Shown here: piece by piece, positions 9,854 through 20,273 of the stretch
Layout of the letters: every line of letters begins with the position of its first letter
Position numbering within the stretch: the stretch's first letter is position 1
Position numbers and translations under genes: made by a program
Source of the DNA: an uncultured Clostridia bacterium
GTDB taxonomy: Bacteria > Bacillota > Clostridia > TANB77 > CAG-508
NCBI GenBank assembly: GCA_934154805.1
Contig: CAKPGM010000009.1
Location: 372 to 64,371 of the forward strand
DNA length: 64,000 bases
Reading direction: 5' to 3'
Notes under the pieces: generated by a model
Told to the model about the DNA's origin: nothing
What the model saw: only the letters and a program-made list of their open reading frames with translations
Databases searched by the model: none

Positions 9854-10729
9854 TTAATTTAATATAAATTTTTCTATTGCTTCCGCAACTCCATCTTCAT
9901 TGTTGTTTGCCACTATTACATCTGCTAATTCCTTTATATATGGTGCTCCATTATCCATTATTATTCCCAGACCAGCATTTTGCACCATTTCTTTGTCATT
10001 TATATTATCTCCTATAGCCATTATTTCCTTAGGCTTTATGTTTAATATTTGTGATAATACTTCTAATGCACTCCATTTATTTACATTTTGACTAGTAATT
10101 TCTGTATAATGATATTCAATTTTTATTTCTTCTGTTCCTGAAGTTATATATTTTCTCGCCATATGTTGTATATCTAATACATCTATATTTTTTATTTCTC
10201 TTAGCTTCTTTATTATTCCATCAAATATTATTTTATTTTCATCACATATTGTAATTTTTAATATTCCTATATCAGGGTTTTCCATCACATATTTATATAC
10301 ATCATTTATTATTTTTATATTTGTTTTTCTATCATCTGGAGTTTTCTTGTTTTCGCTATTAAAGAATTGTATATTGTAATTTAATGATTTTGATATTATT
10401 AAATTTTCTGTATATAAACTATAAAAAATGCTGTTTTCTTCGCATATTTTTATTATTTGCAAAACTTTATTTCTTTCTATAAATTTATTATATAATATTT
10501 GTTCTTTTTGGATATCATATAAAGCAGAACCGTTGCCACATATCATATAATGATTTGCTCCTATTTCTTTTGCAAAACTTCTTGCTGATGATAAAGGTCT
10601 TCCTGATGCTATTACTATTTCTGTTCCTTTTTCTATTGCTTTTTTTATTGTTTCTTTATTTTTTTGCGAAACATTGCCATATGAATTAAGCAAAGTTCCA
10701 TCTAAATCTATTGCTACTAATCTATACAT
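9854..10729 (-). CDS. Cof-type HAD-IIB family hydrolase
   Basis: 291 aa; nucleophile motif AIDLDGTLL, C-terminal GDNINDKEM. Confidence 0.85.
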   Translation of the reverse strand: MYRLVAIDLDGTLLNSYGNVSQKNKETIKKAIEKGTEIVIASGRPLSSARSFAKEIGANHYMICGNGSALYDIQKEQILYNKFIERNKVLQIIKICEENSIFYSLYTENLIISKSLNYNIQFFNSENKKTPDDRKTNIKIINDVYKYVMENPDIGILKITICDENKIIFDGIIKKLREIKNIDVLDIQHMARKYITSGTEEIKIEYHYTEITSQNVNKWSALEVLSQILNIKPKEIMAIGDNINDKEMVQNAGLGIIMDNGAPYIKELADVIVANNNEDGVAEAIEKFILN

Positions 10730-10906
10730 ATTTTTTCCCTTCTTCAGTTTTTTATTATATCATATTATTTGTATTTTTGAACAGTATATTTTAAAATTTA
10801 TTTTTCATAAAATTACCAGTTTATTTTATGAATTTCCGCGCATTATATATATTGAAAAAGCAAAAAGTTTTTTTCAAGTATATTCACATTCTAGGAGGTG
10901 AAAATT

Positions 10907-11113
10907 ATGGCACATTCATCAAGCAACAGCAATTACAAAGTAGTTCCAGAAGCTGCTGACGCATTAAACAAATTCAAATATGAAGTAGCTAGCGAAGTTG
11001 GTGTTAATCTTAAAGATGGATACAACGGAGACATTTCTGCAAGAGATGCTGGTAGAATAGGTGGTAACATGGTTAAGAAGTTAATACAACAAGCTGAAAG
11101 CCAAATGAAATAG
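10907..11113 (+). CDS. Small acid-soluble spore protein, alpha/beta type
   Basis: SASP signature (KFKYEVASEVGV ... ISARDAGRIGGNMVKKLI); ATG 10907 follows AGGAGG (10893-10898); the ORF-track GTG 10898 overlaps the SD. Confidence 0.9.
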   Translation: MAHSSSNSNYKVVPEAADALNKFKYEVASEVGVNLKDGYNGDISARDAGRIGGNMVKKLIQQAESQMK

Positions 11114-11230
11114 TTTTAGTTTTATAGTTTTATAATACTACTATTATTAGACAGGATTTTAAGTTTTGAAATATGATTTAATTTAAGTAATCATTTTTGT
11201 TCTTTATCTCATTATTTAAATTAAATACAT

Positions 11231-11264
11231 AGGGCAGGATTTATTATCCTGCCTCTTTTGTTTT
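11231..11264 (+). terminator. Intrinsic terminator after SASP gene
   Basis: gggcaggat-ttatt-atcctgcc stem-loop followed by tcttttgtttt. Confidence 0.65.
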
Positions 11265-11808
11265 ATCCTATTTTATATTTTAATACTTTATATTCATAGT
11301 TTTCATATTTTTCTACTGCTTTTGTTAGCATATTTTTGTATTCTTTTGAATTTTCGTTATATTTTGTTTTGCAAAATGCTTGTATTAAAGATGTTTCTAT
11401 TATTTTTCTGTTATATTTTACTATATCTGGATTTATTACTATTGTTTTGTCTTTGTTATTTTTTATAAAACTTTCTTTCATTCTTTTTATTGTGTAATCT
11501 TTTGGTGCAAAACCAAGCATTACTCTTATTTTTTCCATACTATTAGCAATTTCTATTTCTGCTATTTCATTGTACATCTTTTTTATTGCTTCACTTACAA
11601 TCTCTACTGTTCCTGCATCTTTGTATCTTGTTGGTAAATAAATGTTTATTTCTTTTTCCCCTATGTCTAATTCTGGCACATTTATTTTTTTATAGTTTAT
11701 ATTTAAATTTAGATTTTTTCCTAACACACTTATAGTTAGATATGTTTTTATCTCTACTGGTTTTGTTAGATCTATTATTTTGCTGTTCTTGTGTTTTAGA
11801 ATACTCAT
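11263..11808 (-). CDS. YgjP/DUF45-like protein lacking the HExxH metal site
   Basis: 181 aa; C-terminal half resembles DUF45 layout, but the position expected for HELCH reads QAFCK (alignment from memory). Confidence 0.4.
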   Translation of the reverse strand: MSILKHKNSKIIDLTKPVEIKTYLTISVLGKNLNLNINYKKINVPELDIGEKEINIYLPTRYKDAGTVEIVSEAIKKMYNEIAEIEIANSMEKIRVMLGFAPKDYTIKRMKESFIKNNKDKTIVINPDIVKYNRKIIETSLIQAFCKTKYNENSKEYKNMLTKAVEKYENYEYKVLKYKIG

Positions 11809-11965
11809 TTAAATTTCCTCCTCTTTTATTGATAAACTTCTGTTCGCTTTATGTACCTATTTTACATTTTTATTTTTCATTTGTCAATACTTTTTACAAA
11901 CATTTTTTTGTATTTTTATCATTCGTCAAACATAGCTATTTTAAGCCTTTTTCTTATACTCGACC

Positions 11966-11996
11966 ATAAAAAATCAGCACTATTGCTAGTGCCGAT
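11966..11996 (-). terminator. Intrinsic terminator after eno
   Basis: atcagcac/gtgccgat 8-bp stem (one G-U on the minus strand) followed by a U-run on the minus strand. Confidence 0.6.
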
Positions 11997-12004
11997 TTTT
12001 TATA

Positions 12005-13327
<1,323 letters not shown>

Positions 13328-13419
13328 TCAATTTAACGAATTATACGAAATTCAGCTTACATTATATTATATATTTTATATTTTTTCAACATTTTTATAT
13401 TGCTTTATAAGTAGTATTT

Positions 13420-13743
13420 TTATGCTACTTTTATTCCCGTATCTATAATCTCTTTTACAAAAGAACTGGAAACTTTTTTATATTCTTCTGTTTTTATTGG
13501 ATGCGGTTCAATTCTCGGATCAATATCCCAAGTCATTCCCATTAAATCTGCCATGCAATCAAATATATCATCAAAATCATCAGAAACAACTGCTATATCG
13601 ATATCACTATCTTCATTTTCTGTTCCCTTTGCATAAGATCCAAACAATATGATTTCTTTAACTTTATATTGTTTTTTTATCTCCTTCGAAAATCGATTTA
13701 TACTATCAATTATTTCTTTATTTATTGATTTTTTAACCATTCT
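13420..13743 (-). CDS. Minimal nucleotidyltransferase (MNT-like) domain protein
   Basis: GSYAKG-x9-DIDI motif; likely start MVKKSI at 13743, overlapping the HEPN gene stop by 22 nt. Confidence 0.75.
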   Translation of the reverse strand, partial: RMVKKSINKEIIDSINRFSKEIKKQYKVKEIILFGSYAKGTENEDSDIDIAVVSDDFDDIFDCMADLMGMTWDIDPRIEPHPIKTEEYKKVSSSFVKEIIDTGIKVA

Positions 13744-14093
13744 AGTACCTCCCCTATGTATTTTACTTGTTTTGATGTATAATCGTCTGTACATTTTTCA
13801 TCAAAACTTCTTTTATAATCATCATATCTAGCACTTATATTAAATGTATTTATGGTTTGTATCATGTTTCTTATTTTGATTGGCGGTTCTAATTTTGCCT
13901 TACGAGAAAGTATAATTAAGTTATGCATTTTAGGAGCTATTGGATTTTTCGGATTATTTTTTGCATATACTCCTTTCAATGTTTTTTCAATTACTAAATG
14001 TCCTATAAATAGGCACCATGTATTTTTCTTATTCTTGCATAATACCTTCATTGTTTCATAATCACTTTCAGCACTTTCAAACCAATATTTCAT
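13722..14093 (-). CDS. HEPN domain protein
   Basis: 123-aa helical protein, HEPN-like; translationally coupled to the NT-domain gene. Confidence 0.65.
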   Translation of the reverse strand: MKYWFESAESDYETMKVLCKNKKNTWCLFIGHLVIEKTLKGVYAKNNPKNPIAPKMHNLIILSRKAKLEPPIKIRNMIQTINTFNISARYDDYKRSFDEKCTDDYTSKQVKYIGEVLEWLKNQ

Positions 14094-14199
14094 TAAGTCT
14101 GTATTATTTATATATATTTCTCTCTTTCATTCTCATATTATTATAACACCAAAGTAAAGTTTTTACTACATATACTAATACTTTTGTAAAAATATTGTT

Positions 14200-16551
14200 T
14201 TAGAATCCTGTTCTTGGTAATTTTTTCTTTTCTATAATGTTATATATTGTTGAAATTGCTGTATCTTCATCACATACCTTGAAGTTATTTATATCTCCTT
14301 CTAATATTGTGTAATTTTTTATTTTTGTATCATTTTCTAAGTTTGAATTCATCTGCATAAATATGTGTGGTTTTTCTATATTTGAAAATCCTATCTTCAC
14401 CGCTCCGAAGTTAATTTTTACTTCTGTTATTTTTTCTCCCTCTTCTAAATGTATATTTGATAAATCTATATAATTATTTTCTGTGGTTTTCAAATCTGCT
14501 TTAGCTATCATATATACATCCTTTTGATTTGTTTTATAACATACATTATATATAAGCTCCTGGTTATAAGTTCCTGTCGAAATCTTTGTGATTTTTGCAT
14601 ATTCATTTGGCAATATATCATACCAGATAAATTCGGTAAGTTCTGTTTCTCCTGAATTCATAATCTCGAATTCATAGTCCACTTCTTCATTTGATTTTAC
14701 ACTATTTTTGCAAGTTTTATTTATATTTACTCGTGGTTGTTTTGACTTGTTCGTAACATTGAGTTCTACTGTTTCTTCATCTTCTGATATTTTTATTCTG
14801 TTTTCTTCTTCATCTATTTTGTACCATTCACCTGCATCAGTTTCTCTAACTATGTACTCTCCTAATGGAAGTCCTTTGCTTTCTGCTTTTCCTTCATCGT
14901 CTGTCACTAATTCTTCTATAAAATTTCCTTCTAAATCAAATATATTAAATTTCACTCCCGGTATAGGACTTCCAGCTTCCGTTTGCAATACTTCGTTTTT
15001 ATCTTCACTCGTTTTTATAATTTTTATATAACCTTTTTTCTTCTCGTTTTCTATTTCTAGTTCTAATGTTTCATTATGTTTTATTACAACATCTTGATCT
15101 ATTCCAATTTTGTATTCTTCTTTTGTTTTTGTTTCTCTTAAAATATATTCTCCTTCATCTATGTTTGTAGCCTTTGCTTTTCCTTGTTTATCTGTTTTTA
15201 ATTTTGCTACTACTTCTCCGTCAAAATTTACAAGTTCAAACTCCACACCTTCTAACACCGTATTTTTATCATCTTTATCTACCTTTGTTATTTCTATATT
15301 TCCTCTTTTTCGTTTGTTCTTTATTTCTATTACATATTTCCCATTGTATCTAGGATTTACTTCTCTTATGTCGCTATTTAATGCGTATTTTTCATTTGCT
15401 TCAATCTCTTTTATTAGTATTGGTCTTGCATATAATTCTCCTACAGTTATTATTCCATCCTTGTCTGTAGTATATGTACCTATTATTTCTCCATCTTTGT
15501 ATGATAATTCAAATGTTGTTCCTTCTATTGTTTCTTTTGTTTCTTCATCAATTTTTATTATTTCTAACGTAGAGCAATTTCCTTTTATATCTAAAATTAA
15601 TTCTCTTTCTGCAAAGTCTTCTCTATCCTGAATTATTATATAGTTTTGTTTGTTTTCCATATTACTTGTTGCATAATATACTGGGTAAGTCGTTTCTTTT
15701 GATGTATATTTTACTTTCACTTCTAAATCTGTATTTATTTTTTCTGTTGGAACTAAGATTTTAAATTTTTCACCAACATTAAGAGTTGTTTTTATCTTTC
15801 CATTTAGATCTACAACTTGTGCTCCTTCTAAATTAATTCCAATTATATTTATCTCTGAGTTAGCCTTTTTTACTTGATATTCCTGAGAATAATATTTTCT
15901 TTTGTATCTGTCTTGTTTAAATTCTCCTATCTTGGCAAACTCAGGCTCCTCAGAATTTACATCTTGCGATGCTCCATTATATCCTATCTCAACAAGTTTA
16001 TAAATTGCGTCAACTACTTTTCTTCCTCTTCGTTGAATATCATCCAGACTTTGACCATTTATTTCTGTTTGTCCTGGTCTAAAGTATCCATAAACATCTT
16101 CTAATTTTTTCTCTCGTATAATCCAATATATTGCTTGTTTAGTAGCTAAGTAACCATCATCTTCTGTTTCTACTCCCAATTGAGCTAACGATACATAAGG
16201 ATATCCATTTTTTAATACCCTATGTATTCTTTCATCTGTTAGTCTATGTTCAACTTTTGTAGAATAACTTTCTTCTTCTCCTGGTAGCCATCCCACTCCA
16301 TTTAAGTCAGGATTTACACAATACGCTATCTTCTTATTGCCTTCTTTATCAGTATAATATGTTCTTGAATATGTTACATACATCCATTCATCTCTTGTTA
16401 CATCCCAATATTGAATTGTATAAAACCCAAGTGGACCTCTTTCTATGTTTATTTCATCTCCAATATTTATATTGCTTGCAAATGTTATTGTTGTTGGTAA
16501 TAATAACATTACTATCTGTAGAATTATCATTATTTTCTTTATTTTATTCAT
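14200..16551 (-). CDS. Surface adhesin: N-terminal thioester (TQXA-type) domain plus CnaB/SpaA-type repeats, C-terminal LPRTG
   Basis: Signal peptide from MNKIKK (ATG 16551, SD upstream); AYCVNP, NGYPY and ATKQAIYW motifs; at least 3 repeats of the type (T/K)K.DE/D..(L/I)EG..FEL....GE; ends LPRTGF-stop. Confidence 0.7.
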   Translation of the reverse strand: MNKIKKIMIILQIVMLLLPTTITFASNINIGDEINIERGPLGFYTIQYWDVTRDEWMYVTYSRTYYTDKEGNKKIAYCVNPDLNGVGWLPGEEESYSTKVEHRLTDERIHRVLKNGYPYVSLAQLGVETEDDGYLATKQAIYWIIREKKLEDVYGYFRPGQTEINGQSLDDIQRRGRKVVDAIYKLVEIGYNGASQDVNSEEPEFAKIGEFKQDRYKRKYYSQEYQVKKANSEINIIGINLEGAQVVDLNGKIKTTLNVGEKFKILVPTEKINTDLEVKVKYTSKETTYPVYYATSNMENKQNYIIIQDREDFAERELILDIKGNCSTLEIIKIDEETKETIEGTTFELSYKDGEIIGTYTTDKDGIITVGELYARPILIKEIEANEKYALNSDIREVNPRYNGKYVIEIKNKRKRGNIEITKVDKDDKNTVLEGVEFELVNFDGEVVAKLKTDKQGKAKATNIDEGEYILRETKTKEEYKIGIDQDVVIKHNETLELEIENEKKKGYIKIIKTSEDKNEVLQTEAGSPIPGVKFNIFDLEGNFIEELVTDDEGKAESKGLPLGEYIVRETDAGEWYKIDEEENRIKISEDEETVELNVTNKSKQPRVNINKTCKNSVKSNEEVDYEFEIMNSGETELTEFIWYDILPNEYAKITKISTGTYNQELIYNVCYKTNQKDVYMIAKADLKTTENNYIDLSNIHLEEGEKITEVKINFGAVKIGFSNIEKPHIFMQMNSNLENDTKIKNYTILEGDINNFKVCDEDTAISTIYNIIEKKKLPRTGF

Positions 16552-16564
16552 CTTTCCATCCTTT

Positions 16565-17101
16565 CTAAATGTTACTTTCCACAGCTTGTACACACAGCCT
16601 TTGATTTACTCTGTTTTTTATACAGGTTATCAATGTAAGTTTATTTTCACTAGAATTTTCTAGTGTACTCCAATCTGTTTCCAGTATGTCTTTTTTCTCA
16701 CTTACTTTATATTTTCTATCTCCATATTTATTTTGATAAATTATTTCGTCTCCTATTTCTAGCTCATTAATTCTCGCAAAATACGAATGTTGATTTCCTC
16801 TATTATGCGCCGCTAGTCCTACATTGCCATCATATTTAGCGGTTTCTTCTATATGTCCTATGTAATCTTTTAATATTTCTTGAGAACTTCCTTCTTTTAT
16901 TTCTCCATTTAAGCCTATCTTTTTGATTATTAATCTTCCCATTATCCCTTCTTCAAATTCTTCTGTTTTCTCTTGCTTGGCCTCTTCTGTTATGTTGTTT
17001 GTATTTTCTTTGTTTAACTTTTTTTGATTATATGCAACTAATCCCACTAATGAAATTAATAAAATGAGCACAATAAATAAAACAAACAGTTTTTTATACA
17101 T
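16565..17101 (-). CDS. Sortase (class D/other; membrane anchored)
   Basis: 178 aa; N-terminal TM, LAAHN His motif, TLITC catalytic Cys, downstream Arg; stop codon 13 nt before the adhesin start. Confidence 0.85.
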   Translation of the reverse strand: MYKKLFVLFIVLILLISLVGLVAYNQKKLNKENTNNITEEAKQEKTEEFEEGIMGRLIIKKIGLNGEIKEGSSQEILKDYIGHIEETAKYDGNVGLAAHNRGNQHSYFARINELEIGDEIIYQNKYGDRKYKVSEKKDILETDWSTLENSSENKLTLITCIKNRVNQRLCVQAVESNI

Positions 17102-17200
17102 ATTTGTATCTCCTTATATTTTTAATTATTTTTTGGATTTGTTTAAGAATTAATTTTCTTAGATTTTAATTTCATATATCAAAATACATAATTTTATTCT

Positions 17201-17228
17201 ATTATACTAAAAAGTGCAGTAAAGTCAA
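17201..17228 (-). promoter_or_regulatory. Sigma-A type promoter of sortase-adhesin operon
   Basis: Minus strand TTGACT (17228-17223), 16 nt, TATAAT (17206-17201). Confidence 0.55.
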
Positions 17229-17271
17229 TATTTTCCGGATATAATCGTATGTCAAATTTCGACATATAATA

Positions 17272-17307
17272 CAAAAAATAAGAGGAACTTTTATAATTCC
17301 TCTTATT
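17272..17307 (-). terminator. Intrinsic terminator after hpf
   Basis: 11-bp stem aataagaggaa/ttcctcttatt followed by a U-run on the minus strand. Confidence 0.7.
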
Positions 17308-17317
17308 TCTACATAAT

Positions 17318-17848
17318 TTATGCTTCTGGTTCTACTAAACCATAGTTTTTATTATCTTTTAATCTGTATATTACATTTACTTTGCCTGTTTCAATGTTTA
17401 CAAATGTTAAGAATTTATTTTGTGGTTGATCTTCTAATAGAAGTTTTGCATCTTCTGGTCCCATTGGTTTAATTGGATAGTATATTGTTTTTACTATCTC
17501 GTCTGTTATTTCAGTCTCTTCTGATCTATTTTCTTCTTTTAATCTTATAGATTCTGTCATATTTTGTTTGTCTTTTTTAGTTTTCATTTTTCTTATTTGA
17601 CCTTCTAATATGTCAACATCTTTATCTATAGATGCATATAAATCTCTACTTGCTGTTACAGCTCTGAAAGTTTCACCCATTGCAGATACTTGCATTTCAG
17701 CAACTTGATCTTCTCCCTCTTTTTTTATTGTTACATATAGATCTAATTCTTCTTCAAAATATTTTTGTATTCTGTCTGTTTTAGAATCAATATAATTCTT
17801 TATAGCTTCTGTAGCTTTTAAGTCCTTTCCTATTATTTTTATGTTCAT
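17318..17848 (-). CDS. hpf: Ribosome hibernation promoting factor (long HPF)
   Basis: MNIKIIGKDL start with GAAAGGAGC SD; S30AE/HPF N-domain plus C-terminal dimerisation domain; the ORF-track N-terminal 41 aa are probably not translated. Confidence 0.9.
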   Translation of the reverse strand: MNIKIIGKDLKATEAIKNYIDSKTDRIQKYFEEELDLYVTIKKEGEDQVAEMQVSAMGETFRAVTASRDLYASIDKDVDILEGQIRKMKTKKDKQNMTESIRLKEENRSEETEITDEIVKTIYYPIKPMGPEDAKLLLEDQPQNKFLTFVNIETGKVNVIYRLKDNKNYGLVEPEA

Positions 17849-18028
17849 AAAAATCGCTCCTTTCAATTTATCGCATTGTGTTTTGTTTTTGGTACTCTCA
17901 TTATATATGTTTTCTTTTATTTTTGCAACTATTTTTTGATTTTTTGCGTTAATCCTTGCAAAATTAACCATTTCGTGTTACAATAGTATCTGTTACAGAA
18001 ATAAACTTAATTCGAGGAGGTGCTAAAT

Positions 18029-18295
18029 ATGCCAAATATTAAATCTGCAATTAAACGTGTAAGCGTTATTGATAAGAAAACTGCTAGAAATAATATGATT
18101 AAATCTGGATATAAATCAGCTGTTAAGAAATTTGAACAAGCTGTTGAAGCTGGAAATGTTGAAGAAGCAAAGACATTATTCTCTGCTGCTACAAAGAAAA
18201 TAGATCAAGCTTGTACAAAAGGTGTTATCGTTAAGAACACAGCTGCTAGAAAAAAATCTTTATTAGCAAAAAAATTAAACGCTATGAATGCGTAA
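18029..18295 (+). CDS. rpsT: 30S ribosomal protein S20
   Basis: [10 protein letters not shown] start after GAGGAGG; typical S20 sequence. Confidence 0.95.
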   Translation: MPNIKSAIKRVSVIDKKTARNNMIKSGYKSAVKKFEQAVEAGNVEEAKTLFSAATKKIDQACTKGVIVKNTAARKKSLLAKKLNAMNA

Positions 18296-18327
18296 AATAA
18301 AAAATTGTGCACAGTTTTTTGTTTTTT

Positions 18328-18358
18328 CGTCTAAGGTTCATCCTTGGACGATTTTTTT
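18328..18358 (+). terminator. Intrinsic terminator after rpsT
   Basis: cgtctaagg-ttcat-ccttggacg stem followed by T7. Confidence 0.75.
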
Positions 18359-18461
18359 GTTTGACTGCCTTCTCAGAAGTTCTGCTATAAATTTCCACTA
18401 TATTTCTTGTATTTTCTGTGTTATGATTAATATAGATACTTTTTTACAAGGAGAATGGATT

Positions 18462-18740
18462 ATGTTGAATAGTTTAAAAATTTCTTATAAAACTCTAATT
18501 TCGATTTTTGGTTTTAATTTGAACGAAAAAGCTAAAAAGATTATGAGTATTGGAATAAAAATTTCTTTTGTTTTGACATTGTTTGGAACACTGCTTATGT
18601 CATTATACATAACTACAAATCCAGCTTACATATTATTTGATTTAGGAACTAATTTATTCAAGTCCGGAACTTGTTTTATTTCTATGTTTATAGTATGTGG
18701 ATATTCTTTTAGTAAAATTTGCAAAGATTTAAAAAGATAG
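18462..18740 (+). CDS. Small membrane protein (92 aa), hypothetical
   Basis: ATG 18462 after AAGGAGA; two or three hydrophobic helices; the upstream part of ORF 18288 spans the rpsT terminator. Confidence 0.5.
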   Translation: MLNSLKISYKTLISIFGFNLNEKAKKIMSIGIKISFVLTLFGTLLMSLYITTNPAYILFDLGTNLFKSGTCFISMFIVCGYSFSKICKDLKR

Positions 18741-18769
18741 CCTCCTTCACCCACTTATGAGTAAAATGA

Positions 18770-18806
18770 AACTCCAAATATAAAAATTTGGAGTTCTGAT
18801 TTTTTA
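18770..18806. terminator. Bidirectional intrinsic terminator between convergent genes
   Basis: aactccaaat/atttggagtt 10-bp stem flanked by A-run and T-run. Confidence 0.7.
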
Positions 18807-20255
18807 TTTATTTAATTCTTCTATGAACATTTTGTTCAACATTTGTGGATTTGCTTTTCCCTTTGTTTGTTTCATTGCTTGTCCTACTAAGAATCCTAAT
18901 GCTCTATCTTTTCCTGCTTTGTAGTCTGCTATTGACTGAGGATTTGCCTCTAATATTTGCATTACTACTTCTTTTATTGCTCCTTCATCAGATATCTGAA
19001 TCCAGCCTTTCTCCTTAATTATTTCTTCTGGCATTTTCATAGTTTCTTTATTATAAGTAAATAATTCTTCTAGAACTTTTTTACCTATTGCAGAACTTAT
19101 TGTTCCTTTGTCTATTAATTCCACAAGTTGTGCTAATTCTTTTCCTGTAAATGGTATGTTTTCTGGCTCTAATTCTTCTTCGTTTAATATACGAGAAATA
19201 TCTGATAATATCCAGTTTGCAACTGCTTTTGCATTTCCACATATTTTTTCTGCTTCTTCAAATAAGTTTGATAAATATTTTGATGCTGTTAATAATCTTG
19301 CATCTTTCTCAGAAAGTTTGTATTCAGACATATATCTTGCCTTTCTGCTTTCTGGAAGTTCTGGCAATGTTTTTCTAATATCTTCTACATATTGATCTGA
19401 TAATCTTATTGCTACTAAGTCTGGCTCTGGGAAATATCTGTAATCTTGAGCCTCTTCTTTATCTCTCATAGAGAAAGTTTTTCCAGATACATCATCCCAT
19501 CTTAATGTTTCCTGATATATTTTGTTGCCTTTTTCTAATTCATCTATTTGTCTTTCTATCTCGTATTCAATTCCTCTTGTGATAGATTTAAATGAGTTCA
19601 TATTTTTCATCTCTGTACGTGTTCCAAATGGTGTTCCTTTTTTGTGAACTGATACATTGACATCTGCTCTAAATGAGCCTTCTTGCATCTTACAATCTGA
19701 TACTTCTATATATTCAAGTGTTGATTTTAGTTTTTTTAGATATCTGTCCGCTTCTTTTGCTGACCTTAAATCTGGCTCTGATACTATTTCTATAAGTGGT
19801 ACTCCAGCTCTATTTAAATCAACTAAACTTCCTCCGCTGAACTCATTATGATTTAACTTACCAGCATCTTCTTCTATATGAATTCTTAATATTCTTACTT
19901 GTTTTTCGTTTCCTTCATCGTCTTCTATTTCTATATATCCATGATTGCAAAGTGGTTTATCAAACTGTGATATCTGATAAGATTTTGGTAAGTCTGGATA
20001 GAAGTAATTTTTTCTATCATTTTTGCTGTCTTTTGCTATTGAACAATTTGTTGCAAGTCCTGCTCTTACAGCATACTCCACAACCTTTTCATTTAATACA
20101 GGTAAAGTTCCTGGCATCGCCATACAAACTGGACAAGTGTGTGTATTTGGTTCTGCACCAAATTCTGTTGAACAGCTACAAAATATTTTTGTTTTTGTAG
20201 AAAGCTCTGCGTGAACTTCTAATCCTATGACTGCTTCATATTCTTCTCTTGCCAT
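18804..20255 (-). CDS. gatB: Asp/Glu-tRNA amidotransferase subunit B
   Basis: 483 aa; full-length GatB (IGLEVHAEL, C-terminal YqeY-like domain). Confidence 0.95.
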   Translation of the reverse strand: MAREEYEAVIGLEVHAELSTKTKIFCSCSTEFGAEPNTHTCPVCMAMPGTLPVLNEKVVEYAVRAGLATNCSIAKDSKNDRKNYFYPDLPKSYQISQFDKPLCNHGYIEIEDDEGNEKQVRILRIHIEEDAGKLNHNEFSGGSLVDLNRAGVPLIEIVSEPDLRSAKEADRYLKKLKSTLEYIEVSDCKMQEGSFRADVNVSVHKKGTPFGTRTEMKNMNSFKSITRGIEYEIERQIDELEKGNKIYQETLRWDDVSGKTFSMRDKEEAQDYRYFPEPDLVAIRLSDQYVEDIRKTLPELPESRKARYMSEYKLSEKDARLLTASKYLSNLFEEAEKICGNAKAVANWILSDISRILNEEELEPENIPFTGKELAQLVELIDKGTISSAIGKKVLEELFTYNKETMKMPEEIIKEKGWIQISDEGAIKEVVMQILEANPQSIADYKAGKDRALGFLVGQAMKQTKGKANPQMLNKMFIEELNK

Positions 20256-20273
20256 TATTTCTCCTTCTTTCTT

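Noticed and set aside
10730-10897. Forespore (sigma-G) promoter upstream of the SASP gene.
   Set aside because: I could not find a convincing GHATR-N17/18-CATxHTA match by eye, so it is left unannotated.
17248-17266. Palindrome tatgtc-N7-gacata about 20 nt upstream of the sortase operon -35, as a possible operator.
   Set aside because: It has only 6-bp AT-rich arms, which is easily chance in this genome, and there is no second copy in the window.
17849-17971. N-terminal extensions proposed by the ORF track for hpf (17849-17971), the small membrane protein (18288-18461), the beta-propeller protein (27339-27389), rplU, era, SASP, mcsB and the adhesin.
   Set aside because: In each case an internal ATG with a good SD gives the canonical N-terminus, and the extensions run through promoters, terminators or the SD itself.
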